Below, in pieces: positions 1 to 7,472 of a stretch of 32,000 nt of DNA (position 1 is its first letter; every line of letters starts with the position of its first letter). The notes under the pieces are model-generated. The model did no database searches. It saw only the letters and a program-made list of their open reading frames with translations, and was not told the DNA's origin. The stretch lies in the NCBI GenBank assembly GCA_008080745.1, contig SHMX01000001.1, positions 210,001 to 242,000 of the forward strand, read 5' to 3'. Source of the stretch: Candidatus Thorarchaeota archaeon. Its GTDB lineage: Archaea > Asgardarchaeota > Thorarchaeia > Thorarchaeales > Thorarchaeaceae. The position numbers and the translations under genes are program-made.

Positions 1-1134
1 CCGAGATTTGTAATCTTTCATCTTTTCTAATTCACGTTCGATATCATCTTTCACGCGTAGCAAATCATTCTGATGATACTCTAGGTTCTTTCGAGCCTCC
101 TCCACTTCAACCTTCAGTTTTGCATCTTTAGAGTAAACATCGGAGTCGGCAAATTCTTTTCGTTTGCGTTCTATTTCCTTTGCTTGTTCCTGAAGTTCAA
201 AGAGTTCACCCTTCTTGATAGATTCAGCTTCTTCAATAGCACGCCTACCTAATCTGTCTTTCAGTGGAAATGCATCGGTCTCAACAGCTTGCTTCAATGC
301 TTCAAGTCCTTCGATGAGACCTGGTTGTCCATCTGGCTCTTCTATTATTGCTTGGTAAGGATCTTCAAAATAGTCTAGTAATGCCTTTGATCCTGCTGGA
401 CTAACTCTAACCCCGTGATCGTGCTGAAGGAACTTTTTAACTGGTTTCTTAAGGGTGTTTAATTTCATTCGTAATAAGGTAGCAATACGATCGGCTTCGT
501 CATCAAGATTTAGCAGGTCTCCAACATTGGACTTTTCAACAAAATCACTGTATTTCTTTTTAGCAGCCATATACTCTCCACGAGCATGGTCAATCTTCAA
601 ACGAACTTGTCTAATTTGCTCCTCGAATACGTCTCGACTGTATGTCATGTCGCGCAGAGTGTTAATCCTGGCATCTATTCGTTCCAAATCCTTAACCCAA
701 CTGTATTCGTATAGAAGTTTGCCAAGTATTTTCATATCGCGTGATAGGTCTTTCATTAGATTGTCCAATACTTTAATGGTGCTCTTGTGTTTCTTATCCA
801 TACGTTTAATCCATCGAGCACCTGCACCCCAAAGATCATTGATGAATTGTTGAATCTCCGCTTGCATATCCTCAGTACTTTCATAAGTAATATCTTGGTC
901 AACCTCAAAACCATCCACTAACTCACGTAATTTCAGACCAAATCTAGTTGCAGTGCCTTCGCTATCCTCCTCGGTAGCCTCCTTCAGCAAATCTTTGGAT
1001 AATTCTTCAATATCTTTCAGAGTTCGACCTACAGATTTGTAGCTCTTTTCTGCATTTTTTCGAAAGTCCTTAGACTTTTTCTTTAACTGTTTCCTATACC
1101 ATTTAGACAAGGAGTCGATATCAAGTTGCGTCAT
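1..1134 (-). CDS. Long alpha-helical/coiled-coil hypothetical protein, 3' end truncated by the window edge (missing from ORF track)
   Basis: Hand translation of the minus strand from ATG at 1134 is open for 378 codons to position 1 (MTQLDIDSLSKWYRKQLKEK...ERELEKMKDYKSR). It is rich in E/K/L/R with heptad-like character. In-frame upstream ATGs (up to 1209) are possible alternative starts. Confidence 0.85.
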   Translation of the reverse strand, partial: MTQLDIDSLSKWYRKQLKKKSKDFRKNAEKSYKSVGRTLKDIEELSKDLLKEATEEDSEGTATRFGLKLRELVDGFEVDQDITYESTEDMQAEIQQFINDLWGAGARWIKRMDKKHKSTIKVLDNLMKDLSRDMKILGKLLYEYSWVKDLERIDARINTLRDMTYSRDVFEEQIRQVRLKIDHARGEYMAAKKKYSDFVEKSNVGDLLNLDDEADRIATLLRMKLNTLKKPVKKFLQHDHGVRVSPAGSKALLDYFEDPYQAIIEEPDGQPGLIEGLEALKQAVETDAFPLKDRLGRRAIEEAESIKKGELFELQEQAKEIERKRKEFADSDVYSKDAKLKVEVEEARKNLEYHQNDLLRVKDDIERELEKMKDYKSR

Positions 1135-1276
1135 AAGAAATGAACACCCATCAAACGGAAATTCTTCAAGCACTTTATCAACTTTACGAAGCATGTAGAA
1201 TTGTTCCATTAGTCGATATCCGTAGTCTTATATCAATCACAGAGTACTCGTACACAACAAACAAACAGTGATTATC

Positions 1277-2077
1277 ATGTCTGAGCTCTTAGATACGGGA
1301 AACCAATATCCAAGGCTCGATATAGAATATGCTGTCGAATGTGCCTCATGAGGAAAAGGTCGCAAAGGCTTCTATTTCAAACGCCTAAGTCTGATAGACG
1401 AGTCCAATGAGAATTGTCTACTACTTAGAAATCCTGCGGACTACAAAGCAGGTTTCTGGGTATCATACATAATGAATGGTGAAATCCAAGTGTGTGGTTC
1501 AACTGATAGTGAAAGATTGAATCTCATCAGTCAAGAATATGATAAAGAACGGTATCACTTCACATTGGAGAATACCCCGCTGTTTAAGGAATCACCAGTT
1601 CTGAAATTTGACATTGATGTGTGGAGTTACAACGAACCCTTCATGCTTATTCGTCATGTTACACGAAATGTTGGCGAAGAACAAATAGAGGATTTGAAAA
1701 TCTACAACATCATGGACTTTGACATTGGAGGCCCCATAAGTTACAAAGATGATATGGGACTCTATAATACCGATACAGGGGTCATTATGGTATACGATCT
1801 AAGCTCACTTACCGTAGCAATGACTGGTATACCACAACCAAATGGTTGGGACTTGGACAAACCCACTAGTTTCAAACTAGAAGCAGACCGCGACCTTAGA
1901 GGAACCACAAAATTAGGACCACAAGATATTGCTACGGGATTGCAATGGGATCTCGGAAATCTTGATCCTTGCGACTCGAAAAAATTAGAAATTGTTCTTG
2001 TTGCAGCCAAATGCCCTAATGAGGTAAATTCGCTCATAGAACGAGCCAAGAATATGTTCGATAAGAAGATGCAATGA
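1277..2077 (+). CDS. Candidate selenoprotein: N-terminal CxxU motif followed by a beta-rich domain; 266 aa if TGA 1349-1351 is read as Sec
   Basis: ATG 1277, preceded by GTGA at 1268-1271, reads MSELLDTGNQYPRLDIEYAVECAS, then TGA, then GKGRKGFYFKRLSLIDESNENCLLLRNPADYKAGFWVSYI. This runs without another stop into the 1472..2077 ORF in the same frame. A SECIS-like hairpin lies at the 3' end. The 1472..2077 part is a confident CDS; the extension and Sec reading are inferred. Confidence 0.75.
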
Positions 2078-2113
2078 TGTAGCTGTGTAAAGCTAAGCAG
2101 CAGCTAAGGAGCA
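2070..2113 (+). promoter_or_regulatory. Eukaryote-type SECIS-like element (kink-turn core plus apical AAA) overlapping the stop codon of 1277..2077
   Basis: ATGA (2074-77), 11 nt, AAA (2089-91), GA (2109-10). K-turn: UGC 2070-72 pairs with GCA 2111-13, with a 3-nt AAU bulge and tandem G.A/A.G pairs. Upper stem UAGCUG 2080-85 / CAGCUA 2101-06. An outer helix 2054-2070 / 2130-2145 is also possible. Confidence 0.65.
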
Positions 2114-2205
2114 ACGGGAAGCCCCCAATATCTTCTTCCGAACATCTTCCCATATGGATAAATATCATTCCGAAATTGTATGAATTCTTCTATTTATTGG
2201 ATAAT

Positions 2206-2237
2206 AAAAAAAGGCTTGAAGGGACCTCAGCCCCTTC
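2206..2237 (-). terminator. Hairpin plus U-tract terminator of the wHTH gene
   Basis: Minus-strand RNA reads GAAGGG-G-CUGAGG-U-CCCUUC, then AAGCC and U7, starting at the TAG of 2237..2635. Confidence 0.6.
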
Positions 2238-2635
2238 TATTCTTTCTGTTCTTCCAAATACGACACCAATAGCATTGCTGGCGGGGTCAATTTGGAGGGC
2301 TCACCCTTGTTTTCAGAGTTTCCACCGGTGACAAGACCAAGATTCATCAAGGCACGAAGATTCCATTTTGCAGTAGAATAAGGAACCTTTGTTTTACAAG
2401 ATAGAATATCTGCTAACCCGGTGATTGTTAGAACACGTGTTCTAAGAATTTCAGCACTAGCTACTAAGATGGTCTTTTGAGTGTCAGACATTTTTTCTAT
2501 TGCCAGACGGAAAAAAGCCTCAGCTAGACAATCAAAGGATATTTGAGATTCAGAACAAGTATTATTCGAGTAGACCTTCTGGCTACTGGAGAACACACTC
2601 ACCTGGTAAGCGGATTTCGCACTCACCTGATGCAT
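2237..2635 (-). CDS. Winged helix-turn-helix protein, putative regulator (start uncertain)
   Basis: C-terminal part MSDTQKTILVA...TITGLADILSCKTKVPYSTAKWNLRALMNLGLV...SKLTPPAMLL has a wHTH pattern. Confidence 0.7.
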   Translation of the reverse strand: MHQVSAKSAYQVSVFSSSQKVYSNNTCSESQISFDCLAEAFFRLAIEKMSDTQKTILVASAEILRTRVLTITGLADILSCKTKVPYSTAKWNLRALMNLGLVTGGNSENKGEPSKLTPPAMLLVSYLEEQKE

Positions 2636-2681
2636 TCGTGACCCGATATCGATGGGCTTCTGAGTTGGTTTCGGTACCCAT
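2583..2681 (-). CDS. Possible 32-aa leader ORF (or frameshifted true N-terminus) overlapping the wHTH gene
   Basis: A strong RBS GAGGTGA (2690-2696) precedes ATG 2681, giving MGTETNSEAHRYRVTNASGECEIRLPGECVLQ*. It is out of frame with 2237..2635. Confidence 0.3.
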   Translation of the reverse strand: MGTETNSEAHRYRVTNASGECEIRLPGECVLQ

Positions 2682-2742
2682 TGCGTTTTTCACCTCATTT
2701 TTCATTTGGGTCTAATCATGAAATAGGAAAGTGGACACTTAA

Positions 2743-2758
2743 GCATTACTAGTAATGC
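2743..2758. promoter_or_regulatory. Perfect 16-bp palindrome GCATTACTAGTAATGC (operator or terminator)
   Basis: Seen directly, between the stop of 2763..3257 and the upstream region of the wHTH gene. Function inferred. Confidence 0.4.
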
Positions 2759-2762
2759 AGGT

Positions 2763-3257
2763 TTAGAGCATCTCTTCAGGTATCTCAAGTCCTAGAGTCC
2801 CCAACTTTGCAAATCCTTGTGAAAAGAGACTCATTTGATGACGTATCTCTTCCTCAGTATCAATGATTCCCCGGAGATAATGTATTGCCTCCTCCAGACC
2901 CTCTGTCTTGTATTCTTCCATCATACGACCAAATTGATCGCTCATACCAAGCATGCTATCCTGAATTAGCTGAGTAAGATCAATCATTGAGCGAACTGTG
3001 TTTCTGGCCTCATCTCCTGGCATGTATGGGAGGAAATCCTCTAAGGCTACTGCAGCGCCCTGGCACATATCTACTCGACCGGGGATAAGTTCGTCTTGCA
3101 TCTTATGCATCCAGCCAAGAATTTCTCTGCTGGTTAGAGAACGAAGATTTTCCAAGTTGAAATATCCAGTCCAAGGACCGAATTCCTCAGCTTCATAGGA
3201 TATCCAATCCTCGAAAGCGGTCAATACCCGTGCCCATCCTTCTGCGGTTTCAGACAT
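2763..3257 (-). CDS. Hypothetical all-alpha acidic protein
   Basis: 164-aa ORF with plausible composition and a GGGA-type RBS. No recognisable motif. Confidence 0.8.
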   Translation of the reverse strand: MSETAEGWARVLTAFEDWISYEAEEFGPWTGYFNLENLRSLTSREILGWMHKMQDELIPGRVDMCQGAAVALEDFLPYMPGDEARNTVRSMIDLTQLIQDSMLGMSDQFGRMMEEYKTEGLEEAIHYLRGIIDTEEEIRHQMSLFSQGFAKLGTLGLEIPEEML

Positions 3258-3326
3258 ATATATCCCATTTTTGTGTCTGCATCCGAGGATATAAAGTAAA
3301 GCCCCAATAAAAATGAGTGATGAATT

Positions 3327-3989
3327 ATGAGTAAAAAGGAGTGGTTACTAGAGATATTGGAGAAAACAAAAAACGATACACAATTTGACGATCCACCAAA
3401 GTATATCATAGAGATATGCAATGAAATTGGTCTAAGAGGGTTAACGGATAATAGTATCGAATTATCACGGGAGCAGCGCATGGATGTAGCTAGATACACA
3501 GTGGCACAAGGAGTGCAAATAGAAACTGTAGTTGAAGGACTTACCTGGAAAGATTTTGAGGGGTTTATTGCATCCATCCTAGTAGAGAACACATACAAGT
3601 GTACGGAGAGCCTTCGCAGGATAGGTAATGAAACAGCAAAAGGAATGGAGATTGATGTTGTAGGAGTTAAGGGACGAACCATTCTGTCAATCGATGCAAA
3701 GATGTGGGGAATGAGAACAGGGAAGGCATCCGCTTTGAGAAAAGCTGCTGAAAAGCAATTAGAAAGATCGTGTGAATTAGCCTCACAGTTATCTCTTATT
3801 CACAACCGAATACAAACACTACCTAGGGGACAATACACCATATTTCCCGTACTCACAACATGGCTTGTGGAAGATATAATGATTCATCAAGGAGTTCCTA
3901 TTGTCCCAATATTTCAAATCAACTCTTTCATATTGAACTTTGAAAATTATCAACATCTGATTCAATCATTTCAAGGAGAATTAAAATAA
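3327..3989 (+). CDS. Mrr-like PD-(D/E)XK restriction endonuclease domain protein
   Basis: WKDFEGFIASIL ... EIDVVGVKG ... IDAKMW matches the Mrr_cat/PD-(D/E)xK catalytic pattern. Confidence 0.8.
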   Translation: MSKKEWLLEILEKTKNDTQFDDPPKYIIEICNEIGLRGLTDNSIELSREQRMDVARYTVAQGVQIETVVEGLTWKDFEGFIASILVENTYKCTESLRRIGNETAKGMEIDVVGVKGRTILSIDAKMWGMRTGKASALRKAAEKQLERSCELASQLSLIHNRIQTLPRGQYTIFPVLTTWLVEDIMIHQGVPIVPIFQINSFILNFENYQHLIQSFQGELK

Positions 3990-3992
3990 AAT

Positions 3993-4012
3993 TGAGGAGG
4001 AATTCCTCCTCA
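3993..4012. terminator. Perfect 20-bp palindrome TGAGGAGGAATTCCTCCTCA between convergent genes; possible bidirectional terminator
   Basis: Seen directly between stops at 3989 (+) and 4023 (-). Confidence 0.5.
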
Positions 4013-4022
4013 TACTGTAGAA

Positions 4023-5018
4023 TTAATCAAAATCTTTAATCTCACCAGTTACGGTATCAATCATTCCTAGCCGGATGACCTCGATCTTGCTCTCATCGTA
4101 AGCAGGATATGTAGAGAGATTTTTCTTAATTGCTTCTGCTAATGAAAGAAGTCTCTTTTCAGGTGATTCAGGAGGTTCATCTTCAAAGCTCGATGCCTCT
4201 TGATTCAGAGTTTCAATAACTGGACGTAAATAGGTTCCATGAACATCTGACGGATTCAGAGATGCCTTGCCAGCACCACAGTGTTGTCCTTCTTCCTCAA
4301 TCTTACCGTGTGGAATGAAAACAATATATTTCTTTGAACCTCCTGTCGCTTGCCAAGTTTCTAAGAATGCATTAAATTGGGCAGTTTCATCATCATCACC
4401 AGTATAGGCGGGAACATGACCACCTAAGGTTTGGATTGCATATGGTAATCCAGCATATGTTAGCGGTGGGTGGACTCTTGAATCAGAACACACCAATATC
4501 ATTACATCATCATTGACTGTAGTAGGTATTGTTGTTGCTCGTGATATAAGATGTTGTTCCACGGCCTGATTTCTATGGTATGAATGAGAGTGTGGAGAAA
4601 CCTCTCCACTATTGTAGTTTATCTTGAGAGCTACAATAGGAATACCCTTAGTATCAGGATTCTCAGAGACATTCTTCAATGATGCTTCAATTACGGCATC
4701 ATCTTCGTCGTGTTCAAAGGTTATCACGATTCCATTCTTCTCGGGAAAGTGCTCATTATATGCAGCCGGACCACTGAAAAAGATAGGCGTCTTATCACTC
4801 TCAGGTATTGATCGACCAGGCACTCGTGTACCTGAAAAAGCGTCACCCTGTTTGAGATCAAAGAGCTGAAGGTCCTGGGCACCTCTCTTAATCGATGAGA
4901 TTAGAAGAAAGCGTGGCTGTTGACCATTTGCTGCAATGTTCATTTTTTCTCGCAAAATTGGATTGTTTTTACGTTCAACCCTAGTTGCTTTTGATATCTC
5001 GATAAGTTCGTTTATCAT
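4023..5018 (-). CDS. Beta-carbonic anhydrase-like protein with two tandem domains (N-terminal domain degenerate)
   Basis: C-terminal domain has LVCSDSR and H...CGA Zn ligands. N-terminal GQQPRFLLISSIKR...FDLKQGDAF aligns by eye to the beta-CA start GQxPxxxxxxCxDSR...F...GDxF but lacks the Cys and Asp. Confidence 0.7.
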   Translation of the reverse strand: MINELIEISKATRVERKNNPILREKMNIAANGQQPRFLLISSIKRGAQDLQLFDLKQGDAFSGTRVPGRSIPESDKTPIFFSGPAAYNEHFPEKNGIVITFEHDEDDAVIEASLKNVSENPDTKGIPIVALKINYNSGEVSPHSHSYHRNQAVEQHLISRATTIPTTVNDDVMILVCSDSRVHPPLTYAGLPYAIQTLGGHVPAYTGDDDETAQFNAFLETWQATGGSKKYIVFIPHGKIEEEGQHCGAGKASLNPSDVHGTYLRPVIETLNQEASSFEDEPPESPEKRLLSLAEAIKKNLSTYPAYDESKIEVIRLGMIDTVTGEIKDFD

Positions 5019-5319
5019 GTTTTGTCCCCATTTGTGTTATTGTGCGTAGAATCTCACACCATGGACAGTAAAGGTCCCAGTTCTCTATGTGTTCAATTCT
5101 AGGTCCCAAGTAACAGATGAACATCGTGTTTTTGGTTTATAATGATTTTTTGTTGGTAAGTTGCCTTTTGCAAGTTACAGGTTATTTGGGTACCAATGAG
5201 TACCGGTTATATTATTTAACCTTCAATCATTAAATATTCTTGGTTTTTTTTACTAAAGGAAACTAGAAAAGGGAGGCACTCTGAGAATTCACAACGATAT
5301 TATCTAGGGGTATCTGACC

Positions 5320-6204
5320 ATGCTGTTCTCAATATCATATCACGAAAATGTCAATAATTGGGCAACCAAAAGTCTCATTGAGGCCATAAGAGGGAAAGGA
5401 CACGATGTCCGACCTATCAGACTGGCAGATTTAGGTGCAGAGATTCCTCACAAATTTGTTCATCTTGATGAAGACATCTCAGATATTGCAGGTCTCATCG
5501 TGAGAACCATTGGTTTTGGAACAGGCGATCAGATTACATTCCGAATAAGTGTATTGGAACAGTTTGAGGATGCTGGTGTCTATGTTATGAATCCAGCTTA
5601 TTCTTTTAGAAGGGCCAAGGATAAGTATGCCACATTAACATCTCTCCACAAAGCTGGAATATATGTTCCAAAGACATATGTTGGAGAGAATCTTGAGGCT
5701 GCAATGGAGTTTGTTGAGGAGGTAGGGGATGTGGTAATCAAACCACTTATCGGTTCTAGGGGTTTGGGTGCAATCAGAGCGGGTATGCCTGAATTGACAT
5801 ACCGTGCCATGAAATTCATCCATCAACTTGGGCAGGTTCTTTACGTGCAGGAAATGATAGAAAAGCCCGATAGAGATATTCGAGCTTTTGTTATTGGGGG
5901 AAAACTTGTTGGAGCAATGTATAGATATCTACCAGAAGAGAATAGAGATGAATGGAGAACTAATGTTCATGGCGGAGGAAGAGCGGAACTTGCTCAACTT
6001 GAACCAGAGTATGAAGAATGTGCAATCAAAACAGCAGAGGCACTCAATCTTGACTACACTGGTGTGGATATAATTGAGTCAGAAAATGGTCCTTGTGTTC
6101 TTGAGGCAAATGCTTCTCCATCTTGGAGTGCTCTATCACGTGTCACGGATTTGGACGTTGCAGGAATGATAATTGACCATTTTATTGAAAAGTGTAGAAG
6201 ATAG
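5320..6204 (+). CDS. RimK-family ATP-grasp alpha-L-glutamate ligase (RimK/MptN/CofF group)
   Basis: DKYAT, VVIKPLIGSRGLG, YVQEMI, DIRAFVIGG, WRTNVHGGG, GVDIIES and EANASPSW motifs. Confidence 0.9.
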   Translation: MLFSISYHENVNNWATKSLIEAIRGKGHDVRPIRLADLGAEIPHKFVHLDEDISDIAGLIVRTIGFGTGDQITFRISVLEQFEDAGVYVMNPAYSFRRAKDKYATLTSLHKAGIYVPKTYVGENLEAAMEFVEEVGDVVIKPLIGSRGLGAIRAGMPELTYRAMKFIHQLGQVLYVQEMIEKPDRDIRAFVIGGKLVGAMYRYLPEENRDEWRTNVHGGGRAELAQLEPEYEECAIKTAEALNLDYTGVDIIESENGPCVLEANASPSWSALSRVTDLDVAGMIIDHFIEKCRR

Positions 6205-6302
6205 TATAATCAAAAGGTGATTGCAGGTATCTATCGTCTTATAAATTGTCAGAGAGCCGCTCCCAATGCAGTAAGTTGCAGACGAAAATTGGGGACTAAG
6301 CT

Positions 6303-6599
6303 ATGACATTATGCGGAAGGCCTGCCTGTATTTGCCTCTACAGAACACGTGATTGTTATTTCTGTGATGTTGCAAGAGAGGTATTGGTCCGTGCAATCAA
6401 GGATACTGGAATTAAAGGTGTCAGTTATACTGAAGTAGATATAGACAAAAATCCTATGAATGGATTAGATGAGAGTCTTGCTCTGCCAGCAATCAGTATC
6501 TGCGATACAATTCTAACAGGTATACCAGATTTAGACTCGCTAAGTACAACATTAAATCGTTATATTCACAAAGATTGTTTTGCTGAATCGGGAATATAA
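6303..6599 (+). CDS. Thioredoxin/glutaredoxin-like CxxC protein
   Basis: LYRTRDCYFCDVA, EVDID, and LPAISI (cis-Pro loop). Confidence 0.75.
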   Translation: MTLCGRPACICLYRTRDCYFCDVAREVLVRAIKDTGIKGVSYTEVDIDKNPMNGLDESLALPAISICDTILTGIPDLDSLSTTLNRYIHKDCFAESGI

Positions 6600-6626
6600 A
6601 AGTGAAAAACACTATAGACATGAAAT

Positions 6627-7361
6627 CTATAGTGTCTTGAGGATTTCTTCTACCTCAGAATTCTCAAGAATTTTGAATTTCTCTTCCTCTGTTGTGACTC
6701 GTCCAATCTCTACAGATTTAGCCTTCTCAACAGGATCAATTTCTGCTTTCTCACCAGTTGCTTTCAGCAGACCTTCAAGGGCAAGTTTCATTGCACCTTC
6801 GACATTGATTGTTGGATCGTACTTTTCCTTGAAGAAATCACGAACAACATCAGCATCTTTTCCGATAGCTGTGGCTTTCCAACCCCAGTATGAACCCGAG
6901 GGATCAGTAGTAAAGAGTTGGGGGCCTTCAAAATCTACACCACCCACAAGTAGAGATACACCAAAGGGACGTACTCCACCATACTGTGTGTGAGCTTGTT
7001 TAGTATCACAGATGCTGACAACAAGTGACTGAACAGAAATCGCCTCGTCAAAGTTGAGCCGATACATCTGAGCCTGTCCCCGAGCCTCACCAATGAGTTT
7101 TCTTGCATCTGCATGCAGACCTGCAATGGCAGTTCCAACATGATCATCTATGAGTAAGACCTTCTTCAGAGTGTCCAAGTCAACAAGAGCGTGTGGAGAA
7201 CGTTTCTCACCAGCCAATACAACCCCATCTACACCTTTGACACCGACAGCAAGAGGTCCATAGCGAACAGCCTCCATGGCGTATTCGACCTGATACAGAC
7301 GGCCTTCTGGCGAGAACATTGTTATGGCTCGGTCATAATTCGTGCTCTGTGCGGAAAACAT
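6627..7361 (-). CDS. psmA: Proteasome alpha subunit
   Basis: YDRAITMFSPEGRLYQVEYAMEAV signature; RPFGVSLLVGG; TDPSGSY; AIGK. Confidence 0.97.
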   Translation of the reverse strand: MFSAQSTNYDRAITMFSPEGRLYQVEYAMEAVRYGPLAVGVKGVDGVVLAGEKRSPHALVDLDTLKKVLLIDDHVGTAIAGLHADARKLIGEARGQAQMYRLNFDEAISVQSLVVSICDTKQAHTQYGGVRPFGVSLLVGGVDFEGPQLFTTDPSGSYWGWKATAIGKDADVVRDFFKEKYDPTINVEGAMKLALEGLLKATGEKAEIDPVEKAKSVEIGRVTTEEEKFKILENSEVEEILKTL

Positions 7362-7472
7362 GCTTTACTGACACTCCATTTGGTTTGACATCTTCCCAAG
7401 AGTCAATCAGTGAAAACCAAAGGGTGTGGCGTTTTTAAGGTTGTCTGTGTGTTTGTTCAACTCAAATTATAT

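Noticed and set aside
455-853. 132-aa + strand ORF, and the many other short antisense or overlapping ORFs in the track (e.g. 1762..2049, 3221..3682, 4624..4869, 6580..6993, 10905..11240, 23424..23819, 29384..29860)
   Set aside because: They are shadows on the opposite strand or in another frame of well-supported genes, with atypical composition and no motifs.
3327-3989. Restriction-modification or defence island
   Set aside because: A solitary Mrr-like nuclease with no methyltransferase or other defence genes adjacent; such genes are common in archaea.
5189-5204. GGTAC-N6-GTACC inverted repeat and short AGGTCCCA direct repeats in the divergent promoter region 5019-5319
   Set aside because: Too short to distinguish from chance without orthologous promoters.
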